Origin: Steroidobacteraceae bacterium
GTDB lineage: Bacteria; Pseudomonadota; Gammaproteobacteria; Steroidobacterales; Steroidobacteraceae
Direction of reading: 5' to 3'
DNA: 64,000 bases
Assembly (NCBI GenBank): GCA_035481975.1
Contig: DATHRC010000008.1
Span: 15,877-79,876, forward strand
The notes below the pieces were generated by a model. The model was not told the DNA's origin and made no database searches. It saw only the letters and a program-made list of their open reading frames with translations. The position numbers and the translations under genes are program-made. Shown one piece after another: positions 8,751-18,018 of this stretch. How positions within the stretch are numbered: position 1 is the stretch's first letter; the number at the start of each line of letters is the position of its first letter.

Positions 8751-10589
8751 ATGCCGTCGGATCACCGCAGGCAGCTCTCGCGGCGTGAGTTCGCGCGCCT
8801 GGCGGCGGCGACGGCGGTGGCTGCGGGAGCTCGGCCGCTCGTCGCCGACGCGGTCCGCGGCGCAGCGCCAGCCGCACTCGCGGAGTTCGGCTACGGCGAC
8901 ATCGCCGTCGACAGCCGCCTGCATCAGGCCCAGCTGCAGAACACCCACGAGGTGCTCATGGAGCTGAGCGAGGACAGCCTGCTGAAGCCGTTTCGGCAGA
9001 TGGTGGGGCAGGCCGCGCCGGGCGCTGACCTCGGCGGCTGGTACAACTACGATGCGGATTACAACTGGCGCACCGACGATGCGGGATTTGCGCCGGGGGC
9101 AACCTTCGGCCAGTGGATCTCGGCGCTCGCCCGCTATCACGCCATCAGCGGATCGCCGGCTGCGCGCGACAAGGTGCTGCGCCTCAACCGGCTATATGGC
9201 CTCACCATCGGCGGCGGCTTTTACGATAAGAACCGCTTCCCGGCGTACTGCTACGACAAGCTGGTGCTGGGACTGATCGATTCGCACCAGTTCGCCGCCG
9301 ACCGGCAGGCGCTGGCGCTGCTCGATCGCACCACCGCGGTGGCGGTGCCGCATCTGCCAGCGCACGCCGTCGATCGCGAACTGGCTTGGCGACCCGGCAA
9401 GGATCAATCGTTTCGCTGGGACGAGTCGTACACCAATCCCGAGAATCTGCTGCTGGCTTACCGCCGCGGTGCCGGGCGTCGCTATCGCCAGCTGGCGTTG
9501 CGGTTCCTCGATGACGCGAACTGGTTCGATCCGCTGGCGCGCGGCGACAATGTCCTCGCCGGCAAGCACGCTTACAGCTACGTGAACTCGCTGAGCTCGG
9601 CGATGCAGGCCTACCTCACGCTCGGCAGCGACAAGCATTTGCGCGCCGCCACCCAGGCGTTCGGCATGCTGGCGGCGCAAAGTTACCCGACCGGCGGTTG
9701 GGGGCCGGACGAGAAGCTGGTGGCGCCGGATGACGGCCGCCTGTACGCGAGTCTCACTGCGACGCACAACAGCTTCGAGACCCCGTGCGGCGCCTATGCG
9801 CACTTCAAGCTGACGCGCTACCTGCTGCGCGTCACGCGCGACGCGCGCTACGGCGACAGCATGGAACGCATGATGTACAACACCGTGCTGGGGGCCAGGC
9901 CGCTGCGTGCCGACGGCCGTGCCTTCTACTACGCCGACTACAATTCTTCCGGGCGCAAGAGCTACTCGAACCACCGCTTCCCGTGCTGCTCGGGCACCTT
10001 GCCGCAGGTCGCGGCGGATTACGGCATCAACGCCTACCTGCGTGATACGCGCGGCGTTTATGTCAATCTGTACCTGCCTTCGACCGTCACCTGGACGCAG
10101 CGCGCCGCACGCTGCGCGTTGCGCCAAAGCGGCGACTACCCGTTTGCGGACTCAGTCGCGATCCGCGTCGGCGCGTCGCAGCCGCAGGAGTTCGCGCTGC
10201 ACCTGCGTATTCCGGCATGGGCGGACGCTGCGCGTATCGCGGTGAACGGGCAGCGCTGGAGTGGCGCGACCGAGCCCGGGAGCTTCGCGGTCATTACCCG
10301 CCGCTGGCGCGAGGATGACCGGGTGGAGCTGGAGTTGCCGCGCCGCATGCAGCTCGAGGCGATCGACCGCCAGCATGCGCAGACGGTGGCGCTGTTGTGC
10401 GGTCCGCTGGTGCTGTTCGCCCTCACTGCCGGCGGCGAGCTGCCGCGGCCGCGACGCGCCGAGCTGCTGGCGGCGCGGCAGGTGGGACAGCGCTGGGAGG
10501 CGAGCGTTGCCGGCGCACCGCTGACCTTTCTGCCTTACACGGCGATCGACGCGGAACCGTACACGACCTTCCTGGCGCTCGCGGGCTGA
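8751..10589 (+). CDS. GH127/DUF1680-family glycoside hydrolase (beta-L-arabinofuranosidase-like) with Tat signal
   Basis: The ORF track gives 7773..10589. I moved the start to ATG 8751 (in frame, verified), which gives MPSDHRRQLSRREFARLAAATAVAAGA with a twin-arginine motif. The rest matches the DUF1680 pattern (WYNYDADYNW, FYDKNRFPAYCYDKL, a Cys-rich HRFPCCSGT zinc-site-like motif). The upstream part of the ORF is antisense to the preceding gene. Confidence 0.85.
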   Translation: MPSDHRRQLSRREFARLAAATAVAAGARPLVADAVRGAAPAALAEFGYGDIAVDSRLHQAQLQNTHEVLMELSEDSLLKPFRQMVGQAAPGADLGGWYNYDADYNWRTDDAGFAPGATFGQWISALARYHAISGSPAARDKVLRLNRLYGLTIGGGFYDKNRFPAYCYDKLVLGLIDSHQFAADRQALALLDRTTAVAVPHLPAHAVDRELAWRPGKDQSFRWDESYTNPENLLLAYRRGAGRRYRQLALRFLDDANWFDPLARGDNVLAGKHAYSYVNSLSSAMQAYLTLGSDKHLRAATQAFGMLAAQSYPTGGWGPDEKLVAPDDGRLYASLTATHNSFETPCGAYAHFKLTRYLLRVTRDARYGDSMERMMYNTVLGARPLRADGRAFYYADYNSSGRKSYSNHRFPCCSGTLPQVAADYGINAYLRDTRGVYVNLYLPSTVTWTQRAARCALRQSGDYPFADSVAIRVGASQPQEFALHLRIPAWADAARIAVNGQRWSGATEPGSFAVITRRWREDDRVELELPRRMQLEAIDRQHAQTVALLCGPLVLFALTAGGELPRPRRAELLAARQVGQRWEASVAGAPLTFLPYTAIDAEPYTTFLALAG

Positions 10590-10598
10590 GCCCGCGCA

Positions 10599-11312
10599 TC
10601 ACTCCCGCAGCCGCGCGCGCAGCTGCGCGATCTCTGCGGCCGACAGTCCGATCTGCGCAAGATAGGCGCGCACGCCGCCCGCCGCCTCGAGGAAGCTCAG
10701 CATGTTGTGCGCACCTTGTTCCGGGCAGCGCAGCGCCTCGATGATGCGGGCCCGGTCGGCCTCGGGATAGCGCGCGAGATAGCCCGCGCGCAGATTGTCG
10801 CCACTCACCGCGTAGTCGGTGGCGATGGCCGCCGGGGTGGCGTCCGCCAGCGCCAGCAGCAGCGCGGCAATCAGCCCGGTGCGATCCTTGCCGGCGACGC
10901 AGTGGAACAGCAGCGGCTGCGGCGGGCTCGCGGCGATGAAACTGAGCACGTGATGCAGCTCGAAGCGCACGTGCTCGAGCACGGCGCACTTCCACAGCTC
11001 CTTCGCCGGATCGCGGCTGCGCAGCTGCCACTCCTCCTCGGTGTGCGTCAGCAGCGAGATGCGCTGGTAGTGCACCTGGGGCAGCGCGGCCGGCACCGGG
11101 CTCGGCTGCCGCGCCGCCTCCTGCGGCCAGCGCAGGTCGACGATGGTGCGTACGCCATAGTCGGCGAGCGCGCGCAGACCCGCGTCGTTCAGCTGCGCGA
11201 GGTCATCGGCGCGCAGCAGCGAGCGCCAGCGCGTCTGCCCGCCATCGGTGGTCGGGTAGCCGCCAAGATCACGGGCATTCAGCAGCGCCGGAAAGTTCAC
11301 TGCCCGGTCCAT
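10599..11312 (-). CDS. protein-tyrosine/dual-specificity phosphatase (Y_phosphatase3-like)
   Basis: The internal start gives MDRAVNFPALLNARDLGGYP. The CX5R active-site loop is present as FHCVAGKDRTG. The coordinate was taken from the ORF-track frame (237 aa plus stop). My position count in the printed sequence was off by 1 nt, so the start is +/-1. Confidence 0.85.
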   Translation of the reverse strand: MDRAVNFPALLNARDLGGYPTTDGGQTRWRSLLRADDLAQLNDAGLRALADYGVRTIVDLRWPQEAARQPSPVPAALPQVHYQRISLLTHTEEEWQLRSRDPAKELWKCAVLEHVRFELHHVLSFIAASPPQPLLFHCVAGKDRTGLIAALLLALADATPAAIATDYAVSGDNLRAGYLARYPEADRARIIEALRCPEQGAHNMLSFLEAAGGVRAYLAQIGLSAAEIAQLRARLRE

Positions 11313-11326
11313 AGGCTCGCCGCGGA

Positions 11327-12253
11327 TCAGGACTGCTTCTCGCGCTGTTGACTGAGGGCTACGCCCCCGAGGATCAGTGCGCCGGCGAGCGCCATGGTCA
11401 CGGTGAGCGGCTCGCCCAGCAGCAGCCAGGCCCAGATCACGCCGAACAGCGGAATCAGGTAGGTGACCGTCGAGGCGCGCGCCGCGCCCACCCGCGTGAT
11501 CAGCCGGTAATAGAACACGAACGCGATGCCCGTGCACAGCACACCGAGGAGCAGCGCGCTCGCCCACGAGAGCGGCGCAATCGCACGGTGGGGCCAGGTG
11601 TAGAGCGCGAGCGGTGCCAGCAGCAGCGCGCCGCAGGTGAGGTTGGCCGCGGCCACCGCCGCTGCCGGATAGCCGGTCAGATAGCGGCGCATGAGATTGA
11701 TGCCGAAGCCGTACGACAGCGCCGCGGCGGTGCCGGCGAGCGCTGCGGCGCCGACGCTCGCGCCGGCCGTCCTGCCGCTGGCGAGAATGGCGACGCCGAC
11801 GAAGCCGGCGGCGAGGCCCACCACACGGCGCGCACCAATGCGATCACCATAGAAGAGGAATGCGACCAGCGCCGTGAACACCACCGTCATGGCGTTGGTG
11901 ATCGCACCGATGCCGGCCGGGGCGCGCTCGGCTCCCCAGGCGAACAGCACGAACGGCACCACGGAGTTCACCACGGCGATGCCGAGGATGCGCAGCCACA
12001 CGCGTGCGCTGAACTGCGCGCGCGCCCGCCACAGGAACGGCATCAGCGTGAGCGCGCCGAGCGCGAGGCGCGCCTCCACCAGCGGCACCGGCCCGAAGTC
12101 CGCGGCCGCCACGCGCATGAACAGGAACGAGCCGCCCCAGATCGCCCCGAGCAGTGTCAGCTCGAACAGCGTGCGCCCGCGGGCGGGGGCTGCGGGCGCC
12201 GCCGCAGTCAGTGCGGGCGTGGCCTCAGCGGAGCTGCATTCGGATGCGGGCAT
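11327..12253 (-). CDS. DMT-superfamily (EamA-like) transporter
   Basis: 308 aa with about 10 hydrophobic helices in two EamA-like halves (GAIWGGSFLFMR..., TVTYLIPLFGVIWAWLLLGEPL). There is a 14-nt gap to the downstream phosphatase. Confidence 0.85.
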   Translation of the reverse strand: MPASECSSAEATPALTAAAPAAPARGRTLFELTLLGAIWGGSFLFMRVAAADFGPVPLVEARLALGALTLMPFLWRARAQFSARVWLRILGIAVVNSVVPFVLFAWGAERAPAGIGAITNAMTVVFTALVAFLFYGDRIGARRVVGLAAGFVGVAILASGRTAGASVGAAALAGTAAALSYGFGINLMRRYLTGYPAAAVAAANLTCGALLLAPLALYTWPHRAIAPLSWASALLLGVLCTGIAFVFYYRLITRVGAARASTVTYLIPLFGVIWAWLLLGEPLTVTMALAGALILGGVALSQQREKQS

Positions 12254-12309
12254 GGGGCACTAGTATATGTGACGCGCATGCGCTGCGACGCGCCGGCACC
12301 GGCGCGTGT

Positions 12310-13461
12310 TCAACCGAGCGCCTGCTGCAGATCTTCCATGAGATCTTCGCTGGCTTCGATTCCCACCGACAGGCGCAGCAGCCCGTCGCTGATGCCGAGC
12401 CGCAGCCGCTCATCGCGCGACAGTCCGGCGTGCGAGGTGGTCGCGGGCCGTGTCAGCAGCGTGTGTACGCCGCCGAGGCTCGGTGCGACGATGGCGAGGC
12501 GCACGCGCGCGGCGAACTGCTCGGCCTGCGCCGCGCCGCCCTGCAGCTCGAAGCTCAGCACGCCGCCGCAGCCACCGAACAGCGCCCGGGCGCGCGCATG
12601 CCGCGGGTGCGACTCGAGCCCCGGGTAGTTGACGCGCCTGACCTTTGGGTGCGCCGCGAGCATGCGTGCGAGGCGCAGTGCGCTGTCATTCTGATAGCGC
12701 ACGCGCAGCGCCAGGGTCTTCAGTCCGCGCTTGAGCAGGAACGCGGCATGCGGATCGAGGCAGCCGCCGAGGTGATTGGCGCGCTGGCGGATGCGCTCGA
12801 TGAGGTCGGCACCACCCGCCACCGCCCCGGCGACGATGTCCGAGTGACCGTTGAGGTACTTGGTGGCGCTGTGCAGGGTGAGGTCGAAGCCGCGCGTCAG
12901 CGGGCGGAAATTGACCGGCGTGGCGAGCGTGTTGTCGATGATCGCCAGCAGCCCGTGGGTACGGGCGAACTGCGCCACGGCATCGAGATCCGCCACCTCG
13001 AGCAACGGGTTGGTCATGGCTTCGACGTAGATGGCGCGCGTAGTGGGCCGCAGCTGCGCCGCCCAGCTGTCCGGCCGGTCGCCGTCGACGAAGTCATGCG
13101 CGACGCCGAAGCGGGCGAGCTCGCCGGTCACGAGATCGTGAGTTCCTCCGTACAGGCAGTTCTGCGCCAGCAGGTGATCGCCGGGCGCCAGCACGGTAAG
13201 CAGCGTGGTGGAGATTGCCGCCATGCCGCTGGCGGTGACCAGCGCAGCCTGCGCCCCCTCGAGGGCGGCGATCTTGGCATGCAGCGCGAGGTGTCCGGGG
13301 GTGTTGTTGGTGCGCAGGTAGCGCACGTCGTGGTAGCTCTTCTCGCCGGCGTACTCGTAGGTGGCCGACTGGAATATCGGCATCTCCACGGCGCCGGCGA
13401 TGCGCGGCAGCGGCTCGCCGGCGTGTACCAGCTGGGTGTCGATGTGACGGTAGGCTGTCAT
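12310..13461 (-). CDS. PLP-dependent trans-sulfuration enzyme (cystathionine gamma-synthase / beta-lyase / Met gamma-lyase family)
   Basis: 383 aa. The N-terminus reads TQLVHAGE...PIFQSATYEY. The PLP-lysine motif SATKYLNGHSD is present, and the C-terminus reads SLGGVHTLLTRPATTSHAGL. Confidence 0.9.
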   Translation of the reverse strand: MTAYRHIDTQLVHAGEPLPRIAGAVEMPIFQSATYEYAGEKSYHDVRYLRTNNTPGHLALHAKIAALEGAQAALVTASGMAAISTTLLTVLAPGDHLLAQNCLYGGTHDLVTGELARFGVAHDFVDGDRPDSWAAQLRPTTRAIYVEAMTNPLLEVADLDAVAQFARTHGLLAIIDNTLATPVNFRPLTRGFDLTLHSATKYLNGHSDIVAGAVAGGADLIERIRQRANHLGGCLDPHAAFLLKRGLKTLALRVRYQNDSALRLARMLAAHPKVRRVNYPGLESHPRHARARALFGGCGGVLSFELQGGAAQAEQFAARVRLAIVAPSLGGVHTLLTRPATTSHAGLSRDERLRLGISDGLLRLSVGIEASEDLMEDLQQALG

Positions 13462-13605
13462 GGCGGCTCCACGGGGTGCGCGGCTAGTGCGGATACGCTA
13501 ACGTGTCCGCATGCCTTCAGGGAGAGACACTCGCCCGCCGCGGCACTGCACTGTGTCGCCGCGCGGCCAGTACGTCGGTGGCGGTGGCCGCCGCCGGGGT
13601 CGCGA

Positions 13606-14367
13606 ATGATACGCGCCACCGAGCGCTTTTCCAGCCGCGTCGAGGACTACGCGCGCTGCCGCCCGGGCTATCCCGGAAGCGCCATCGATCTGCTCGCCGC
13701 GAGCTGCGGGCTATCCGCGGTGGCGGTGGTCGCGGACCTCGGCTCGGGCACCGGAATCCTGACGGAGCTGCTGCTGGCACGCGGCGCGCAGGTGTTCGCC
13801 GTCGAGCCCAACGCTGCCATGCGCACGGCCGCGGAAGCGCGGCTCGGCGCGCAGGCGCGCTTTCACAGCGTTGCCGGCAGCGCGGAGGCGACCACGCTGC
13901 CCGAGGCCAGCATCGATCTGCTGGTCGCCGGGCAGGCGTTTCACTGGTTCGACGTCCAGGCGGCGCGCCGCGAAGCGCTGCGCATCGTGCGGCCCGGCGG
14001 CTTTGGCGCACTGCTGTGGAACGAGCGCCCGGTGCAGGCGGATGACTTCCTCGCCGACTACGAGGCCCTGCTGCTGCGGCATGCCGCGGAGTACGCCGCC
14101 ATCAGCGCCAGCCGCGCCGACGAGCGCAGCATGCGCGAGTTCTTCGGCGGAACGATGCAGTTTGTCAGCTTCCCCAATCAGCAGCACCTCGACTTCGCGG
14201 GCCTCAAGGGAAGGCTCATGTCCTCCTCCTACGCGCCCGAGCCCGGTCACCCGGAGCACGAACCGATGATCGCCGGGCTGCAGGAGGTGTTCCGCCGCCA
14301 CGCACGGCACGGCGAGGTGGTGTTCCGCTACCGCACGCTGGTGTACTTCGGACCGCTGCGCCCCTGA
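13606..14367 (+). CDS. class I SAM-dependent methyltransferase
   Basis: The ORF track gives 12154..14367. I moved the start to ATG 13606 (in frame, verified), giving MIRATERFSSRVEDYARCRPGYP. SAM motif I is present as VADLGSGTGILTELL, together with LVAGQAFHWFD. The upstream portion is antisense to the PLP enzyme. Confidence 0.85.
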   Translation: MIRATERFSSRVEDYARCRPGYPGSAIDLLAASCGLSAVAVVADLGSGTGILTELLLARGAQVFAVEPNAAMRTAAEARLGAQARFHSVAGSAEATTLPEASIDLLVAGQAFHWFDVQAARREALRIVRPGGFGALLWNERPVQADDFLADYEALLLRHAAEYAAISASRADERSMREFFGGTMQFVSFPNQQHLDFAGLKGRLMSSSYAPEPGHPEHEPMIAGLQEVFRRHARHGEVVFRYRTLVYFGPLRP

Positions 14368-14372
14368 GGCCC

Positions 14373-16433
14373 CTACCAGACGGGAACCCGGTCGGCCGGA
14401 GCGAGATAGAGCTTGTGGCCCGGCTTGACGGCCAAGGCGTCGTACCACGGGTCGAGGTTGCGCACGGTGTCGGTGCGGTACTCGGCCGGTGCGTGCCCGT
14501 CGGTGACCAGCTGCTGGCGCAGCGCCGCCTCGCGGATCTTTTCCTGCCAGCTCTGCGCGTAGCTCAGGAAGAAAAGTTGCTCACCGCTGAAGCCCTGCGC
14601 CCGCGGCGCCTGGCCACCCTTGAGGGTCAGTCGCCAGGCATCGTAGGCGACCGACAGTCCCGCCACGTCGGCGATGTTCTCGCTGAGGGTCTGCTTGCCG
14701 TTGACGCGCACGTCCGGAAACGGGTGGTAGGCGTCGAACTGCGCGGCGAGGCGCTCCCCGGCAGCCTCGAAATGCGCGAAGTCCTCCTGGGTCCACCAGT
14801 TCTTCAGCCGGCCGGTGGCGTCGAAGAGCGCGCCCTGGTCATCGAAACTGTGGCTGATCTCGTGCCCGATCGTCGCCCCGATGGCACCGTAATCGTAGAC
14901 CGGGTCGCGGTCCGGATCGAAGTAAGGCGGCTGCAGAATTGCCGCCGGGAAGTTGAGCGCGTTCATCGCCGGCAGGTTGACGGCATTCACCAGCTGCGGA
15001 TTCATGACCCACTCGCCTCTGTCGACCGGGCGGCCGAGCTTGGCGAGGTTGCGCCGGTACTCGAAGAGCCGGGCGCGCTGCGAGTTGCCGAAGGCATCGC
15101 CGCGCACCACTTCGAGCGCCGAATAATCACGCCAGTGATCCGGGTAACCGACGCCCACCTTGAGCGTGGCAAGCTTCGCTTTGGCTTTCTCGCGCGTGGC
15201 CGGGCTCATCCACGCCAGCCGGTCGATGCGGGTGGCGAACGCCGCCACGAGGTTGCGCGCCAGGCCTTGCGCGCGGGCCTTCTCGGCCGGCGGGAAATAA
15301 TGCGCCACGTACAGCTTGCCGACCGCCTCGCCGAGCGCGTCGTTGGTCTCGATGACCGCGCGCTTCCAGCGCACCCGCAGCTGCGGTGTGCCCGACAGCA
15401 CCCGCCCGTGGAAGGCGAAATGCTCCGCCACGAAGGCGTTCGGCAGGTAGGCGCAATGGGCCTCCACGTAGTGAAAGCGCAGGTAATCCTTCCAGGTCTC
15501 GAGCGGCACGCTGGCGGTGAGCGCCGACAGGCCCTGCACCGCACTCGGCTGCCACACAATGAGCTCGCTCACCTGCGCCAGTCCTGCGGCGCCGAAGAAC
15601 TGCGTCCAGTCGAGGCCGGGAGCGCGCCGAGCGAACTCTGCCGCCGGCCAGTGATTGTCACCCTTGAGGACGTCCTCCGACTGCGCGCGCGTCGCGTGCG
15701 CCTCGGCGATACGCTGCTCGAGGGCGAAGATGCGGGCGGCCTTCGCGGGCGCGTCCGGCAGCTGCGCGAGGTTGAGCACCGCGACGACGTGCGCCTGGTA
15801 GCGCTTGCGGATCTCGGCCATCTTCGCCGACGGATCGAGGTAGTAGTCGCGATCGGGCATCACCAGCCCGCCCTGCAGCAGAAACGGAACATAGCGCGTC
15901 GGCTCGTCGAGGTCCTGCGCCACCCACAGCCCGAAGAGGTTCTCGGTATGCAGCTCGGTGGCATTGAGAATATCGACATCGGCGCGCAGCGTCTCGCCGA
16001 GCGCGCGCGCGAGCGCCGCGCGATCGGCGATGGCATCGATGCGCCGCAGGCCCGCTTCCAGCGGCTTGCCGCCGAGGCGCTCGATGGTGGCCTCGTCCAT
16101 GAAGCTGTCGTAGTAATCGGCGATCTTGCGCGCCTCGGTGCCGGGGCGCGAGGTGGCGGCGGCGACGCGGATCAGATCCGCGGTGCGCTGCGCGGTGAGC
16201 TCGGCGAGGATGTCGCCGCTCCCCCAGGAGCTGCGATCGGGCGGGATCCGGGTTCTTTTCAGCCACGCTCCGTTGGCGTAGGCGAAGAAGTCATCGCCCG
16301 CGGCGACCGTGTGGTCGATGGCCGACAGGTCCAGTCCGTGTTCCGCGGCCGGCGCGGCGGCCGCGGCGCTGAAGATGACGGCCGCGAGCACCGCCAGCGC
16401 GGCAGCGGCAGACGTTCGTGAGCTGCGAAGCAT
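14373..16433 (-). CDS. M13-family zinc metallopeptidase (PepO / endothelin-converting-enzyme-like), exported
   Basis: 686 aa with a signal peptide. The zincin motif appears as GHEISHSFD, with a downstream ENIADVAGL motif and NAVNLPAMNALNFPAAILQPPYFD. Confidence 0.9.
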   Translation of the reverse strand: MLRSSRTSAAAALAVLAAVIFSAAAAAPAAEHGLDLSAIDHTVAAGDDFFAYANGAWLKRTRIPPDRSSWGSGDILAELTAQRTADLIRVAAATSRPGTEARKIADYYDSFMDEATIERLGGKPLEAGLRRIDAIADRAALARALGETLRADVDILNATELHTENLFGLWVAQDLDEPTRYVPFLLQGGLVMPDRDYYLDPSAKMAEIRKRYQAHVVAVLNLAQLPDAPAKAARIFALEQRIAEAHATRAQSEDVLKGDNHWPAAEFARRAPGLDWTQFFGAAGLAQVSELIVWQPSAVQGLSALTASVPLETWKDYLRFHYVEAHCAYLPNAFVAEHFAFHGRVLSGTPQLRVRWKRAVIETNDALGEAVGKLYVAHYFPPAEKARAQGLARNLVAAFATRIDRLAWMSPATREKAKAKLATLKVGVGYPDHWRDYSALEVVRGDAFGNSQRARLFEYRRNLAKLGRPVDRGEWVMNPQLVNAVNLPAMNALNFPAAILQPPYFDPDRDPVYDYGAIGATIGHEISHSFDDQGALFDATGRLKNWWTQEDFAHFEAAGERLAAQFDAYHPFPDVRVNGKQTLSENIADVAGLSVAYDAWRLTLKGGQAPRAQGFSGEQLFFLSYAQSWQEKIREAALRQQLVTDGHAPAEYRTDTVRNLDPWYDALAVKPGHKLYLAPADRVPVW

Positions 16434-16541
16434 GGGGTGACTTTCCGGAGGATCGCGGCCGGCCGATGGTGGCGGGCCGGGCAGTCTACACGAGCGGCCG
16501 GTGTTGAATCCCGCCGCCCGCCCCGGGAATACTCACGCCCG

Positions 16542-17423
16542 ATGCACCCGCTCCGCCGCCTCGCCGCCGCGCTGCTGTTGGCCGGCTGCGCGCGGCTCGC
16601 CGCTGCCTGGGGTCCCCAGGGGCACCGCACGGTCGGCGCCATCGCCGATCGCCTGCTGACGCCGCCGGCGCGCGCCGCGGTGCTGCAGCTGCTCAGCGGC
16701 GACCTGGACAAGTTCGGCCACGCTTCCGGTCGCAGTACGCTCGCGGCGGTGTCGGACTGGGCGGACGAGATCCGTGGCACGCCCGCCGACCAGCCGCGCT
16801 GGCACTACGACGACATACCGGTATGCGGCCGCGCGCCGCGCGACAGCTACTGCGCCGGGGCCCAATGCAACAGCGCACAGCTCGAGCAGCAGACCGCGCT
16901 GCTGCGCGACGCCCGCGCGCCGCTGCGCGAGCGCAACGAAGCGCTGAAGTGGCTGGTGCACCTGGTGGCCGACATTCACCAGCCGCTGCACGCCGCGGAT
17001 AACCACGATCACGGTGGCAACGACGTGCCGGTCGTGCTCGCCGGGGTGCGTACGCGCGGACGCGAGAGCCTGCACCGTGCGTGGGACAATGAGCTGGTGA
17101 AGCTCGCACTGCAGGCGCGCAACCGGCAGCAGCCGCCGGCCAACATCGCAGCGCTGGCGCTGGAGGCGCGCAGCCTCGCCGCGGACGCCGGCCAGGGGTC
17201 GCCCGACAGCTGGGCTTTCGAATCCAACAACCTGGCCCGCAACGTCGCGTACACTTACCCGGGCTTTGCCTGCAACATCGTGCCCCAGGGGATCGTGGTG
17301 CTGGACGCGGCCTACCAACAGCAGGCCGCAGCGATCGTGCGCGAGCGACTGCTGCTGGCAGGCGCAAGGCTCGCGGCCGTTGTGAACGAGACGCTGGCGC
17401 CAGCACGGTCCGCCGGGCGTTAG
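16542..17423 (+). CDS. S1/P1-family nuclease, exported
   Basis: The start was moved to ATG 16542 (verified), giving MHPLRRLAAALLLAGCARLAAAWGPQGHRTVG. The mature N-terminal WG..GH motif is typical of S1/P1 nucleases. RWHYDDIP, DIHQPLHA and DHGGN are also present. Confidence 0.85.
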   Translation: MHPLRRLAAALLLAGCARLAAAWGPQGHRTVGAIADRLLTPPARAAVLQLLSGDLDKFGHASGRSTLAAVSDWADEIRGTPADQPRWHYDDIPVCGRAPRDSYCAGAQCNSAQLEQQTALLRDARAPLRERNEALKWLVHLVADIHQPLHAADNHDHGGNDVPVVLAGVRTRGRESLHRAWDNELVKLALQARNRQQPPANIAALALEARSLAADAGQGSPDSWAFESNNLARNVAYTYPGFACNIVPQGIVVLDAAYQQQAAAIVRERLLLAGARLAAVVNETLAPARSAGR

Positions 17424-17432
17424 GAGATCGCA

Positions 17433-17900
17433 ATGAGCATGCGTGCGCTGGCCAGCGGATTTGTGACACTGATCGCCGGCACGCTCCTCGGCGGGCAGCT
17501 GCAGGCGGCCACGCCCTGGAGCGAGACTCTCACTCAACAGGCGCTGAATTCCGGCTTCCTGACACGATTGCCGGCACCGGTGTCGGTGGCCTTCGGCTTG
17601 GCCAAGGGGGACGAAGGCACCGAGGTGAGGCAGCTGCTGCTCAAGGCCGGACATCGCGTCCGGACATTCAACGTGAGCGTGGCCAATCACGGCGATGTGG
17701 TGGTTTTCAACGTCAACGCGCAAACCGGGGCGACCGTAGCCTATCTCGTAACGCCCGATGGCCGCCTGCGCAAGGCCGTGTCATACCAGGCCGGCGGCAC
17801 AGCCGAAGCACTGACTGCGGCGGACGCGCAGGCAGGTCTGGCGCGCGAGGCGCGCTTTTGGGCGGCCCGCGCCCGCCAGGGGTCTGCGCCGTCACCATGA
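17433..17900 (+). CDS. hypothetical exported protein (155 aa)
   Basis: An AGGAG Shine-Dalgarno lies 7 nt upstream of ATG 17433. A signal peptide is present (LIAGTLLGGQLQAA). The gene starts 9 nt after the nuclease stop. I recognised no family motif. Confidence 0.6.
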   Translation: MSMRALASGFVTLIAGTLLGGQLQAATPWSETLTQQALNSGFLTRLPAPVSVAFGLAKGDEGTEVRQLLLKAGHRVRTFNVSVANHGDVVVFNVNAQTGATVAYLVTPDGRLRKAVSYQAGGTAEALTAADAQAGLAREARFWAARARQGSAPSP

Positions 17901-18018
17901 CGGTTTGCGCTTGACCGGCAGCGTTGCCTGCCCGAACAGGCCCCCGGAGAGCCGTTGACGGACCCGCGCAGCAGCCCGTGCTAAATTAACCCTACCGTAA
18001 CATTGTGGAGGGTGAGCC

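Noticed and set aside
17955-17987. A possible sigma70 promoter for cfa (TTGACG ... TAAATT).
   Set aside because: The spacing between the hexamers is about 21 nt, too long for a functional sigma70 promoter. The alternative -10 candidates are poor. It is not reported as a feature.
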